DNA of 64,000 bases from Lingula anatina (GCA_051362555.1 CM120646.1:6324001-6388000); one strand, 5' to 3'; shown: positions 49,779-63,889, numbered from the stretch's first letter. Notes: generated by a model not told the origin, from the letters alone. A program made the numbers and translations.

Positions 49779-49993
49779 GGCTCTGTTCTCACAACTTTTA
49801 GATCGATCTATCACCGCGGGGAGTCTCACTAGATTACTGTCAGATAATCCCCCTTAAGTGTCCGTCCCTGCCTACTACAAGCTTTAAGGGGTAATTAACT
49901 TTCGTGTCCGCCCGGCTGACAGCTATTTAGCGTGAACCCCCAGGGAGTTAGGTCGATCCAATGTAGGTCGATCTAATCTATGAGAATGGGGTG
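49779..49993. mobile_element. PIF/Harbinger-like MITE (family C)
   Basis: TAA TSD and tagatcgatcta subterminal inverted motifs. Confidence 0.75.
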
Positions 49994-51584
49994 TAATACT
50001 TATTTGATCTTAAAATGACAATTTTCAGCAATGTGTTAAAAGACTTTGGGATATATGAGGACGTCAATTTTCAGTTAGGTAAAATAGCATTTTATTGCTT
50101 TTGAAATCGGCCAGTGTTTAACCAAAATTAAGGATTGTGTATACTTCCCTTAGTTTTCCTAGAAATCTAACGTACCTATGGTATTGTCAACTTGCGAGTA
50201 TATTCCCATATGATAACAGCTGTATATTTAAGTACACGAGTGACTGAAAAGTATTTTTCTTAGATTTGCATTAGATTTAATAGAGCATTTGATTGTCATT
50301 AATATCCTAAAGGACGGAAGATGCAATTATCATCTTGCATTTTCTAACGGAAATTAAGAATAATGATATCACATATTTTCTGTACAATAATTAATCTAAG
50401 TGTGTTGAGATACAGAAACATTTGGAGTGATTTCATTCCACATTGTTGCATGTGGATTTTAACATAATTTGATGTAAAATATATTCAAACCTGTCACTTA
50501 TGTTCTGCAAAGTTTGACAGTACGTATGGTTAATTTGACCCTCGGGCTCTCAGCAAGCGACTATCAGTAATATAAATAGTATTGCAGTCTCAGCTAGAAG
50601 AGCAATTTTTTGCAAAATATTACATATTAGATCTTTTATTAATTATTTCACCTAAAGTTTCCTTCAAAGTATTATTTTTGATTTAAGAAAAAAATCTAAC
50701 AAAAACTGGTGTGAATACAAGAAGAGTGCATTTGGATGTGTTTTGAGGTAGTGTTGACTGAAACTAAGACTCAGGCCAACATTTAATTGAATTTTCCAAT
50801 TAATTAGTTAGACTGAAGCATGGCGAGACTTCTTTTGCCTTTTGACAGAAAACTCTCTCCATTTATTTATGTTTTTATTAAAAAAAAAAAAAACAGGCAG
50901 AGTAGAAATATGAAATTAAGATGGAGAAAAGAAGACATTTAGAGAATTTTAACTCCCAACTCACTTTGTCTACTGTTAAAATCTATCATTTCAGCATTCT
51001 ACTACTATCAGTATTAAAGAGTTCTTTTAAAGAATGTGACGGTCAGTTTTGGGCTCTATAGAAAAAAATGTCGTATCACTCACGAACTTATACAGTGAAT
51101 TTCCCAGGTCAGTTATCAAATGATACTATTTATTTAAAAGTCAGAGTAAATTACCTTTTCCATTTGACATGAGCTCATTATCTAGAGTGAACTGAGGTAT
51201 AGCTGTAGAGAAATGTGGGCAGCATCTCTTGGCCTATGGGATTCCCAACTACTAGTACTAGTGTTTGAATGCAGAGATTAAAAAGGATAAAAATATGGCT
51301 GCTGACAGAATGGAGACTGATTTATTTGTCAGTGGCTCCAAATGTTACAGCATAGCAATAGGCTATTAGTTTTCTGCTCAGCCTCACATGGTGCAGCTTG
51401 GCTTTCATACAGTATTTGTGTTAATGTTATGCAGAACCAGCAGGGAATGGCAGGCGCGCACTGTTTATGGGTATATATGTACTACGTTAGAGACCTATAT
51501 TTACTATTGTATACATAGTAAGTATTTTATAGTCTCTCTCATAAGGCAGAGTGGACTTTCTCCGTGTCATTTTTGTGAACAGAG

Positions 51585-51755
51585 CCAGCCAGCCAGACAG
51601 ACAGATAGATACCAACATAGCAGGCAAATAAACGGGCTAAAAGGCAGACAGACAAGATAGGTAGCAAAAAAGGTAGGCAGGCAGACAGACATACAGAGAT
51701 AAGGCATGCAGACAGACAGACAGACATGCGGACAGACAAACAGACAGACAGATAG
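51585..51755. repeat. Degenerate (GACA/GGCA)n microsatellite
   Basis: Direct reading. Confidence 0.8.
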
Positions 51756-53123
51756 CTAAAAAGCAGGTCAAGAAACAGAGAGTTAAAGAAGCAGGCTGAC
51801 ATGTACTATTATGTGGAGTAGTTTGTATTTCCTGAAAGGAATCTAGGTGCTCTAGTACCAGGAAAAAAGGGCCTTGTAGTACTACAGGCCATGTGGATGC
51901 ACATATCGGCATACTAATACATATCTTTATTCTGCCAACTAATTATTGTAACCAATTCACCAGACATCACTTAATCATAGTCTGGGGAATTATTTTTAGC
52001 TAGCATTATATATCCTGGAGGGAAAATATGGTTTCCACTATAAATATTATATCTGAGGGCGATGTATGTGGTAATTTCTGAACTTGGGGAGAAGAAAAGA
52101 GGCAGGAAGGAGGAAGAGAGCGAGAGGGGGAGAGGATAGGGAGAAAGAGAGAGAAGGGGGTGACAGAGGACCTCTTTCAGACCTGTACTTAAAGTGATAA
52201 TGGAAAAATAAAACAAGGCTGCCTGCCTGCATAATTTTCTGCAGTCTCCCTCAAGCCATTAATCCAAAACGACTGATAAGACTGACAATCACGTGACTTG
52301 TCACGTGTCGTAAGTCAATAAACACACACACACATACGCACACACACTAAGTATTATAACATGCACAGCCCTACAAAGCTACATTTGCAATTAAAAAAAA
52401 TAATTTACCAGTCTCACAGAAAGGCCATTGCCAAGGAGCACACTTACTAATGTTCCTGTTGCATGCTGCCTCTGGTTGGGTAAGGTTGCCCTGAGCAGGC
52501 CACAGTCACCTCATGTGGTTTCTTGCCTAATGATATCTGTAAAATGACATTTCTTGGAATACAGCAAATAGAAACTGAAGGGCTCGCTAGAACTTCCTCA
52601 GGCAAGAAAAAATCATTTACTCAGCATATTACCCTTCATGTCAGGCAATACTGGAGTTAAAAATAAAACGGACCTGTCACCTCATCGCATGGAGAAAAAA
52701 CCCGGAGGAATGTATTTTATGTCATCTGAGTGAGTAAGGATCTTGCAAAAAAAAAGTCATCAAAGAGACCCCTGGAATTTCCTAGAACTAAGTCTTGATT
52801 AGACTTACATAGTGTTTTTGCTTGTACAAAAAGAAAAAAAATGGTGCATGGAATAAATTGAATAAAAGTTTGAATAAATAAAATAATTAATTAAATATTT
52901 CATTTGTGTGTATTCGATGGGGGTGGGGGGATGACCAAGAAAATCGCAATTGAGCAAACTATTGGAGATGTTCTGATGGACTTAAAGGAGTAACTTTTTT
53001 TATCAGAGACTTTTCATCTCCATTACTACAACCAATATCCACATTTATCATTATTGACACATTTCAATTTTTCTATAATTTGTCAGGTGGCAGCTAAGCA
53101 TATTTTTATATGATATATCCCAT

Positions 53124-53287
53124 CAGCCGTAGATCCAGAGGTATTTTCTGACAGTCTTCCAAATTATCTTTGTTGATTCATCCTCCATTTTTGAATGTCC
53201 CCCAACAGAAAAAATTAGATACCCATGGCCATTAATATAAGCTTGAAAATCTGACCGTCTTCCAGAAGACCCTGAAGACAGCCCCTG
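53124..53287. mobile_element. hAT-like MITE (family B)
   Basis: CAG...CTG termini, TSD CCCAT, reverse-complement match to the 46046 copy. Confidence 0.75.
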
Positions 53288-55413
53288 CCCATGTACGCAA
53301 CTTTTCAAAATTGTACTACTGAAGAAGCCACAAAGAAACCCTTCAGTATATGATAATCTTGGTTTTGATGTTTTGATGCTCAGTTGAGGGGTTTCATCCA
53401 AAGAATGTGGGCAAAAGTTCAAGTTAAAAAAAAAAATTTAGTATCTAGAGTCACTTTGTGTAGTAAATTGTAGACAATTTCTTTATGAGGAAAATCATCT
53501 CCTTTGACTTAAGAAAATGTGAGAAATCTTACCTTTTATGCCAGATTTGTTCTTGATTTATCTTAAATTTTTAATTTGACTAAAATCTACCAGATATTTC
53601 ATTAAAGACATCTTTACTTGCAGTAGGTTCAGAATGTTTCATACTGTGAAGATGGTTCTAAAATTGAATATAGTTGAAACCGTGTATGTAACAGTTTTAT
53701 GACCATCCTGATAAAACTGACCTTTTTAATGCTATCATAGATCTAGATTGTAAGATGTGTGGGGCAGTTTCTTAAGACCCCATATTAATCTATATACTAG
53801 TACCTAATAATTCATCATGCAGGCTGCACATTATATGGGTATAATATCTACTCGCAGTCTGTTTTTTGTTTCTATACTGAAAAAAATGTGATAATTATCT
53901 CGTCTTTTCAGGGCCCAAGATACTTATCAGTTATTCATCATTAAGCTACTATGTTTACAGTTTTTCACATATGATATTAACTAAGACGACGGTGAAACAC
54001 AGTTATCATTATCTCGCTCCTCGATCAACTCCTAGGTCAACGTTATAGTTTCTTATTTATATACAGTGTCTGTATATATTCCTATGGGTCTGTCTGTCCA
54101 TGTCGTTGCCGTTGTTGGCATCGTCATTGTGGCTCTCCCAACGCAAGGCATTGGTCTCTGCCAAACCTTATTTTTTGTTTTACTTTTTATTTTTACTTTA
54201 AATTGACTTGGTGGCTTTGTTTGGTAAAGAGGCATGTTGCTTTTGAAAATCAGCATAAACAGTTTACATTTAGGGTAATTATTCTGCTCTTTTTTTTTTT
54301 TTTTTTGCACAGTTTTGTGACGTTCACCCCATAACTTCCAAATCATATTTTTGTGTTACTCTAAATGTTCTGAGTGGCTTTGTTTGGTAAAGAGGCAAGT
54401 GAAAATTGGCATCATCAGTTTACATTTATGGTAATTATTATTATTATTATTTATTTATATTTTTTTTTTGGGGGGGGGGGGGTGAAATTTCCATTTCCAC
54501 GCATTGGCAAACTTGTAAACTTACAAACCTGAAAACTGATATACACTCAAGAAAACTTAACCATTGCAATTGGCTTCTAAACCCCATGGTACTGAATCAC
54601 TTACTAGTTTTTCAATGTCCATGTAACCCGTAGTACACAATGTACGAGAGCAAGAATGATTATGCTGTTTTAAAGCGTTATGTAACAGTCATCCAAATTG
54701 GCCAAAAGATTGTTTTTGGCACTTTTTTCTTCGTAATGTCTGAACATTTGACAGCTGTGCTGTTTTGTTTCCTGTATGTGTCTGTATATTTGCCAGCTTT
54801 GCTGTCTAGTTTTTCTGTGAATTTTGTTTTATTTATGATGATATATGTCTTTTTTTTTTTTGCTCTGTTTTGTGAAGTCATTTTTGTCTGAGGGATAATA
54901 AATGTTACTCTATACATAGAATTATGTTAAGATTAAAAAAAAACAAACATTCAAACTAAGTCAGTATAAGGTTATGCTATATTAAAAAAAAATTCAGTGT
55001 AGGCATTTAAAAGATTATGTAAGATAACAGTGGTTTACATGACTTACTATAACATGCCTGTCTTATTTGACTGACAAAAGTCCACGGATTTATTACACAA
55101 TCTGTTGCCATGGGCATGACCAAAATAACTTGTCACGCTAAGAGAAAAGATTTCAACCAGAAAAATGTCTGCGTGTTGCGGAGCCAGCTGAGCCAGCTTC
55201 CCTGGATTTCTGAGGATTGTGGGAACTTGCCTGAGGATTGTTACGACTCAGTATTTAAATAGCTGTGATCGGAGAGAGAACAGGACACATATTTCACATG
55301 CCTGTTCACAAGCATTACTGTTAGTACTACTGAATGGAGAAGAAAATATTTGTGACTTCTTTGTCCTTGCTGTGGTGCTAAGTTGAGAATTCTCAGGTAA
55401 GCCTAAGTTTGTA

Positions 55414-55431
55414 GAAAGTGAAAGTGAAAGT
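55414..55431 (+). promoter_or_regulatory. Triple IRF-binding element (GAAAGT)3
   Basis: GAAAGTGAAAGTGAAAGT matches the IRF-E/ISRE consensus GAAANNGAAA twice. Confidence 0.5.
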
Positions 55432-58400
55432 GCACTTTGCATTGTCAGTATGTAATCATTGGTTTGGTAGTACAAAAATTAAAAAGGCGTTAAAAAATCA
55501 GTTGGATAAAAATTGTGAAGAGACCATTTTACTGGGAGACATAATATTTAAACTTTCAACCATTGCACTGATCACATGAGTAACCGCTATTTTACTAAAA
55601 AAAAAAAAAAATTGTGAAAGAAATCTCTATAATAAGCTCGTGTAGGTCCTCAGGTTGAAGTATAAGTAATAAATTGTCAATCCCAATGTTGTCAAGCACT
55701 TAGTTGTCAAAAAGTATTTCACATTATATGTCATTAAGATATCTTATGCAGAATTAAGATAAAAGGGTCTTGCTTTCCCTGAAACTTTCAAGGTCATTAC
55801 AAGGCTCTGCTGATGTCGCGTATCAACCAATTTCCACCTCAATATGTGGGTTAGGGGGTTGTATGAACTATAGCTATGCAGAGATTTTTGTGACTACTTG
55901 GTAAGGACTACAGATAGATCTTTTATTCCAACATGAGCAGAAAGTGCAAAGTATTTTTATAAACCAGAATATACTTGATATATATACAATCAAGGTAACA
56001 AAAACATTTTTATAATGTATAAGTTGGTCAAGTCGATATGGCTTTAATACGTGCTAATAAAATGGTAACATAATGTTATTATGAGGAAAATAAACAGTTT
56101 ACAGCATATATGAAATGACACACATTGTGTGTAGGCCTGCCTCTCCAAAGATTTTCTATCGAGTTAAAAATTAACACAGGATATTCATTGCGTTCTAGTA
56201 TACACATTAATATCTTTAAGGTATATATATATTATGTACATTTGAAAACATCCCAAAGTCAAAAATTTTGCCTAGATATACCTTGGAAAGCTCCTTACCA
56301 TTCCCAATTCATAAAGAATGTAATTATTATTAAAACCAATAAAACCCTTCAAATAATAGCACTTGATGCAGATATTTCCTTTTGAAATGTCAGGAAGACC
56401 ATGGCAGTCAAAATGAATCAGGATTGGTTTAAAACAAAGTTATTTAATTACAAATGGTGTAAACCATCCAATCCAAGTGCAGGGAGAGGTCAAGCAGTGA
56501 TTTTTTAGGAGGAGAAAACTTTTTTTTTTAATCAAAGGAAATAAGATTTGGCAGGCAAATCCTGTATAGGATATTTCTATATTGATATATCTTGAATCTG
56601 TAGTGTGCTAAGGAAAGTAGACCACAATGCTTTCTGTGCAGAACATAGATAAAAAAGACCTCATCTTACAAGGAACTTTTATATCATAATCAATCAATAA
56701 GCTAGCGTGTAATAAGCCTACATAGTTGTGTGTTCACCGAGTTTTGCCAGCACACAATTAAAGAGATACTTTTCCGAGAACTTTTGGGACTGGTATTGAA
56801 GTTTGCCTTCTGTTCCGTTAAATGTCACAGTAGTAAATTTAGCAATGGTTACCGTAAGAGAGAGACATATGAACTCACCGGAATTAATGTGGCTAACAGT
56901 TATTATAATGATCAGAACTTTCTGTCCAAGACAGTGTATGACGTTTAATTTTTGTTAAAAGCTACGTCTCTTGGTATTTATTGTTTTAACTTATTTTATA
57001 TATATATGTACTATATTTGAATTGAATTGTGTTTGATGAAGATACTGCTTCATTTTCATTTTCTTTAAAATTGGAAGGTGCATTGTTTCGAATCTTGAGA
57101 ATATATGGAACTTTTATGATTCATTATTTCATTGAATATAATTTGTATTACCTTGAAAAAATAACATTTTACGAGCCCTCCGTCATTTGTAATTCTTATT
57201 GCCACAATTGAAATTATGCAGTCTTTTTCCTCCATTATAAGCTTAGATAGATTGCAAAATCTGGTAGATTCTAATTTTGTGAATGGTTTCGGATATAGTT
57301 TATGCCCAGATGATCAAGAGAAAAAGTTGAAAATTCCAGGAAAATTGAAAGTAAACTATATAAAGATTTGACATGCATAACCTTTTAGCAAAATGCCTTA
57401 TGATATCTCCAGTTCCAAGCAATGTGCTTAACTTAATTCAATTATAAGTACAATGTCCATGAGCATTTTGTGGAAAAAATTAAATTGGCTCTCAACTGTT
57501 TGTAGTCAAAATCAATAGTTTGTACAAATATTGCAGTGATGAAAACCTCTTCACATGGAGTGTAATACGTATATTAGCATTCCATTTTTGCCATTCTGTT
57601 TTATGAGGTTGAAACATGTAGCTTTCTTGCCAGCTGATGTGCACTCGTAAGGGGATCACACATAATAACCAATATGTTAGCTAATTTCATTTTTCACTCA
57701 CTGACACTTTGCTCAAAGCCTGCCATATTTTCAGTGAGATGAGTAAGTACGTAAAGTACGTAGAAAGACAAATTGTGAAAGCAGCTTACTGGTAGTTGGC
57801 CCAGGCCCGTAAATACTTCACTTAACAAAATGCTTTAAGATATAAAGTTGAGATAGAGGCTCATTGGGGTAAGACCTAATTCAAGCATCACTAGGCAATA
57901 ATTGGACTTTGATAACACAACCAATACGATTCATGTTTAAAGCAAGTCATCACATGCCCAAATAGCATAGAGGCTGTTCTCAGTGAATCTTGTCCACTTA
58001 CTAGTACATGTACTTCATGTGTACTAAAACTACAGGGACTCTCACTGATGCGATCAGGTGACCATACTAACATGCCCCTTTCTGGCATTTTGTGAAATAT
58101 AGAAAAAAGTGGTGATCATACGAGTGCGAAACAAGAAGGTGTATTAGTCTGTTAATCTGATTGTATCCAGGTTGTCGTGGAGTTAGTGCTAGGCGCCAAT
58201 ATTTATCGTGAACCTCCCCAGAGACGAGAAGGCTGTAGGCAGTAGATTTAATTATATTTTTCTAACATTTTGCAAAAAAAAAGACCTTTTCCGCCCCAGG
58301 TTGTTTTAGGTGTGAGCCTTCTGCTTGATTTACCAGTGACTGACTGGATGGTCTAGGATACAGTGGGATGTCTTCGTAGCTCGGAAATTGGCTTCTGGAC

Positions 58401-59369
58401 AGTTTTGATTTTTGTAGATTCTTTTGGTTGCTAGGTGAAATGTTTAATGAACTTCTGCCTAAAGTCATGGGGTCGTGATGTGCTTATTAGTAGAACTGTA
58501 TATGACTGCATACCTGCTGCACTGGAACAGGTGAATGTTTCAAGTTAAGGTATTGAATTGTTTTCAAAATTATTACTTGAAGTATTTGCCATGTGAAAGC
58601 GTACCATCAGAGGTAAATGATCCAATAGGTTGTTTGTTCAGGCCAATTATATAAATGTCAGAGTATCACTTTCTGTGAAAGTCGAATATAGCAACTCGGA
58701 CTTACTGATGTAGCTGTTTTCTTGAAGATAATTCTACTGAAGTCATTGTTTATTTATAAGGAGCTGTCAATGAGAATTTAGTATTTAAATTTTTCTAAAT
58801 ATATTTTTTTTCGCAAGTGTCACTGTGTGAGTCGTTTATTAAGCATTTAATGTGTTTTAAATTTATCAACTTATCAGCAAATATTACGAACACATTCAGA
58901 ACAGTGGACAGTCCGACTAACAGAACAACAATCAAATATGGCCAATCCCACAGGTATGCTTCTTGCGTAATCCCTTAGGGGAATCGATTCAGTGTCTAAT
59001 CGGGAATTAAGTGGCAACCTTTTTAATGTGTCGCTGTATTTGATCCACAGATCTGTACGTCCTCTGTGCTGAATGATCTCTAAGGTAATCAATTCTGAGA
59101 AACCGCGACGGAAGTCAGATCTGTTTGATTTACCTTATTTGAGTGGGTTCGTCAATGACTTGATTGGTTACATGAGGGGAGGTTATCACGTTGCTAATGA
59201 AATTGACAGTTTTTGTCAGATTTAGTAAGGGAAGGAGTGTTATGTATTATAGATCTATATGTTATAGAGGGGTGAATTTGGTACAAAGGTGAAAAAGAAA
59301 GGGAAAGGAAAGTTGAGCCGTACAAGAAATGAGTCTCTGGTAAGCGAGGAGAATGGAGTAAATTGCCTT

Positions 59370-59450
59370 TATTATTATTTTTATTTTATTTCATTTTATT
59401 TTATTTTATTTTATTTTATTTTATTTTATTTTATTTTATTTTATTTTATT
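59370..59450. repeat. (TTTTA)n microsatellite
   Basis: Direct reading. Confidence 0.9.
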
Positions 59451-59857
59451 TGGAACAGTCACATTTTAAAATAAAATGTTGAGTAAATTCAGTAGTCTCG
59501 TACAAAGTATGAAAAGGGGCTGATGGTCAGACATCATAACATTGAATATTTTGACAGTTGAGCTTGTTAAATGTCAGAATGTGTGATATTGCTTCTTGGT
59601 TCACCCCTTCAGAGCTGCATGTTATATTTTTTCATCTTTTCAGAAAAAATGTGTTATGGGTAGAACTATTTCCAGACATTTTGATTGTAAAGTATGCAAT
59701 TTTATATTTGAAATAATTTCAGACAGTTGTGGCTGGAGTTTTTTTTTAAATTTTAAATCTTTTTTATTTGTATTAATTAGTGTTTTTTTATTTTCAGTAA
59801 AACCTGCCTTATAGAATCGGAACATTTGTAGACAAGTACTCAAATAATAAAATTAAG

Positions 59858-59985
59858 ATGGCGCTGTGGGCGAAGGCGCAGCAGCTGGGAGGGGATGCAT
59901 TTCGACAGGTGAACTGTGTCTACGGAGTTCATTTTCCAATGGAAGTCCGCCATTACTTTGCTCAGTGGATCGAGTCCCAGCCTTG
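59858..59985 (+). CDS. STAT5: First coding exon of a STAT5-like signal transducer and activator of transcription
   Basis: Translates as [43 protein letters not shown], the STAT N-terminal domain with the FPxEVRHYxxxWIExQxW motif. The acceptor ttttcAG ends at 59797 and the donor TG|GTTTGT starts at 59986, giving 128 coding nt with a split Trp codon, as in vertebrate STAT genes. No further STAT exon was recognised in the window. Confidence 0.92.
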
Positions 59986-60161
59986 GTTTGTATAAATATT
60001 TTTTTCACCATTTTACCATTTATTTTTGATTTTCTGAATGTCAATTTTTTACAGTCTAAATTAATAACAGGTTAAAAGATATTAGTTTTAAGTAGCGTAC
60101 ACCCTAGTGAAAAGGGAAATTTTTAATTTAGAGGATTTTAAAAAGATTAATTCATCAAGAA

Positions 60162-60327
60162 CAGGCAGATCCAGAAATATTTTCTGACAGTCTTCCAAAT
60201 TATCTTTGTTGATCCATTCTCCAATGTTGATAGTCTTTCGACAGAAAAAACTAGATACCTGTCAATGTTAACCTGAAAATCTGACTATCTTTCGGAAAAC
60301 CCAAAAGATGGCCTCAATCCGTCCCTG
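60162..60327. mobile_element. hAT-like MITE (family B)
   Basis: Matches the 53124 and 46046 copies; near-identical 5-bp flanks. Confidence 0.7.
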
Positions 60328-61245
60328 AAGGATATTTTCATTTATATTTATTTATATATAGTCTAACAGCGCCCAGTATTTTATGCACTGAATGGACTTA
60401 GGACTGCTAGATAGGAATGAATCTTGTATGATTTTTTGTAACAGTACTAGACAACCTGAGCTTCTGCTACTATCATAATGATATCCATTTACAACTGTCT
60501 AGACAGGTGTTTCATGGAAAAAAATGTAGTTCAGATTTTATTTCATTGATTTGGATAGCATAAGGTAATGTGATTTGTATGTAGATAGTAGGACGTCCCA
60601 GGGACAATTTTCCAGGCAACCTTGTAATATTTTCATTCTTTTAAGATGGGACTTGATAGTAGATACCGTTGTTGAGATTGTTGTTATTTTTAGCTTGAAG
60701 TCATGATTTTTCTCTAGCAAGCAGTTACATATTTATTTACCAAAAAAAAAAAGGTGTGAAATTTTGTTATTTTGTAATAATGTCAAAGCACCTCTATGTC
60801 CAGATTTCTTATGTGTATATATGCAGTTGTAAAGAATTGACATGTTGCGTACTTGTATATGTATATGCAGTCATCCTCTTGCCAGTAAATGGATTACCTG
60901 TCTAGTTCTTTGCTAATACATTAAGCATCAGACGAAGACAACCAAGTGAAGAGATTACGATGAAAAGACTTGACATTGATTATGTAGACTGATAAAGAAT
61001 TATAAGGATCTGATGCTCTCTTTGAGGTGGTTTCCTATTCATTTATTCTTCGAAAATATCTAGAAGTTTACTCCAGCGATAAAAAACATTTATGGGCTCC
61101 TGTCTGTTTATTAGGATAGAAGCAGATATGTCAAAGCATTTTTATGACTTTGTAAGAAGCACTTGCACACACATGGGCACTTGCATATATACTAGTATAT
61201 ATATATACACCATCCTGAGCATTACAGTACATAACAGTCATTGAT

Positions 61246-61409
61246 CAGGCCCGTAGCCAGGGGGGGGGGGGTTCGAAAGAACCACCCCTTTTGCTGGGAA
61301 AAGGTCCACTCTGGGTAAAATTTGATCTAAGTACATGACGTTTTTATGGGAAAAGGTCCACTTTTTCAGAAAAAGAACCCCCCTTTTGAAATTGCTGGCT
61401 ACGGGCCTG
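61246..61409. mobile_element. hAT-like MITE (family A)
   Basis: TIR CAGGCCCGTAGCCAG with TSD TTGAT. Confidence 0.85.
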
Positions 61410-61640
61410 TTGATGCACTCAATATAAGTACTATACATGCACATGTACACGTGTGCATTCTCATAAATACATACTAGTATGCATGTAAACAAGCACAGTC
61501 AGGAAAGATGTGCATACACGCGTTCACTACAATCAGAAGCACACGAGCTTGCATGCATAAACACACTCACACACGATTTCCGACTATTACAGTACACCTG
61601 AACTTCACTTTGGATAGAGCTCCTAGTCAACTCACTCAAG

Positions 61641-61855
61641 CACCCCATTTCCATAGATTAGATCGACCTACTTTAGATCGACCTAACTCCCTGGGGGTTC
61701 ACGCTAAATAGCTGTCAGTCGGGCGGACACGAAAGTTAATTACCTCCTTACAGCTTGTAGTAGGCGGGACGGACATTTAAGTCGGATTATCTGAAAGTAA
61801 TCTAGTGAGACTCCCCGCGGGGATAGATCGATCTAAAATCAATGGGAATAGAGCC
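61641..61855. mobile_element. PIF/Harbinger-like MITE (family C), inverted
   Basis: Reverse complement of 49779-49993 with 3-bp AAG flanks. Confidence 0.75.
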
Positions 61856-62395
61856 AAGGAAATCAAGGCAACTCCATTATTTTCCAGGGAGCTAGCAATA
61901 TCCTTGGCATTGCAAACCAATCACAAATTGTATTTACCTGAGTAGGCACATAATTCATCTCACTTAAGGAGACACAGTATTGTGATTGAATCCAGGGGTT
62001 TTGTACATTTGAAGCCTTTTTTTGCTTTTAAATGTTACTGGTGTCCTCTTGCATCACTCCATGTAAGAAGAATTGCCGTAGCAAACTAATTGTCTATTTC
62101 AAATTAGATTTTCACGTGGGAGAACTCTTGATTCCATCACAAAGTGAAGAAAGACATTATTAGATAAAGTTAGAGGAGTTATATTGTAGGAGGGGTGGCA
62201 AAATCTCTCAGTAGAGATGTGCCACTGGTCAGAAAAAAAATTCTGAAGAGCGCTGTCTGTCTTTCTGTCTGTTTGTATGTGTACTTGTATGAGATTTAAA
62301 ACCCCTTTTAAGGCTAAGATTTATGAATAGATATATTTATTAAAGAATTTTTAGAGGAATCATTTTGTTAGTTTGATACCAGACCAGACCTGACT

Positions 62396-62430
<35 letters not shown>

Positions 62431-62890
62431 TAAGGAGATTCTTAGAGATAGAGGCAACATGAGGTGGGTTAAACCTGTAAGGGGGGGAGAGGTGAAAGTG
62501 GAAAAAAAAACCTTTAAACTATACCAAATTATAACAGTATTTCTCACTGTATATTTCCTGAATTTTAGAAGGCCTGGAAAAAGATTGGAATACTAGTAAA
62601 TGTGAAATCACTGAATTTTTGATATGATACTTATTGAGCATTAAAAAGTGCAGCTTATTAGCAGGTTGCTACATATGAAATTACAACTACGTCAATCTGG
62701 TCCTCACTGAATAGTTCATTAAAAATCAGATATTGAAAAGGGAATTAGAGGCTTAGTCAGCTGTGAGTTATACAAATAATATAAATGGATAAATAAACTA
62801 CTAACTTGCTCATTTTGTCCTGAGCTTCGTAACTCTAAAGCATCGAGTAATGTGAATAGCAATATCACTTAGAGGCTGCAATGTATTACA

Positions 62891-62961
62891 TGGGGCAAGT
62901 TATGGAATCGAGACGCTTGCGCTTTATTGCAATGCGAGATGCTTTCGAGTTACGGGGCCCA
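62891..62961. mobile_element. ~70-bp MITE, same family as in the upstream regions of UGT copies 2-4
   Basis: tggggcaagttatggaat...ttcgagttacggggccca is the reverse complement of 30449-30518. Confidence 0.65.
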
Positions 62962-63889
62962 GAGTTCTTGTATACTTTTGTTTGGTATTTGTGTCATACA
63001 TTTACAGCTCTGCACATACTACTGTTGCTGGTAGTGGTGCTATTGTTGCTTTAATTTATTATTTTTTTATTACATTTTTGTCTACATTTTACAATTAGTT
63101 TACAAGTTGCATGGATGCTGAAGCACAGGTATCTTACAGTATAAGCTCCCAAACCAAATGCAGTTTAACCTAATGCAAATATTTTGCCGAGATCTTCAAG
63201 TTGCAGATAACAGCCTTATTGCTTTACAGTACACTGAAATAATCAGTTTGCTCATGGAGCACCTGCTGATAATGCATTTTTTAGAAGGATGTATCTTCAC
63301 GTGAAACTCTCATCTCGATGAAATGAAGATTGCGTAATTTTTCTTGGTAATTTCCAGTGAAACCACTGTAGAATTTTTTTTTTCAACAAGTAGGCATCAA
63401 TGCAATGGAAAAGCAGGATAAGTTCAGGTCATGCTGCGCCGAACGTCTGCTTGGTGATTTCTATATATGAACAGGAGAAAAAATCAATAAGATTCCAAAG
63501 AATTCTTTTTTGGATGAGACAGTGCTTAAGTAATTTGTTAAAGAAGACAGTGACAGCCCTGATAATAGAGTCAATCTTTAGGTATAATAGAAAATGATGG
63601 CTTAGATTTCACTTTTGAAGTATGGGTTAATATATTGTCTATCAGAGCAGGAAAAATGTTCAAACTGGGTACAAGAAATGTCACGCGATTTTGCAAGCCT
63701 AACATATTTAAGTAACTTAAAAGCTTTATTTGCTGGCATTCTGAATCTTCATCATTTTTTTTTTTTGTTATTATTATTATTATTTATTTATTTTTTTGGT
63801 ACTTTTAGGTGAACCCATTTTTTTTTCAGAGGAGTTTTTCGTCTACTTCATTATATTTTTTTTAGAATGGGTTGATATTATATATTATG

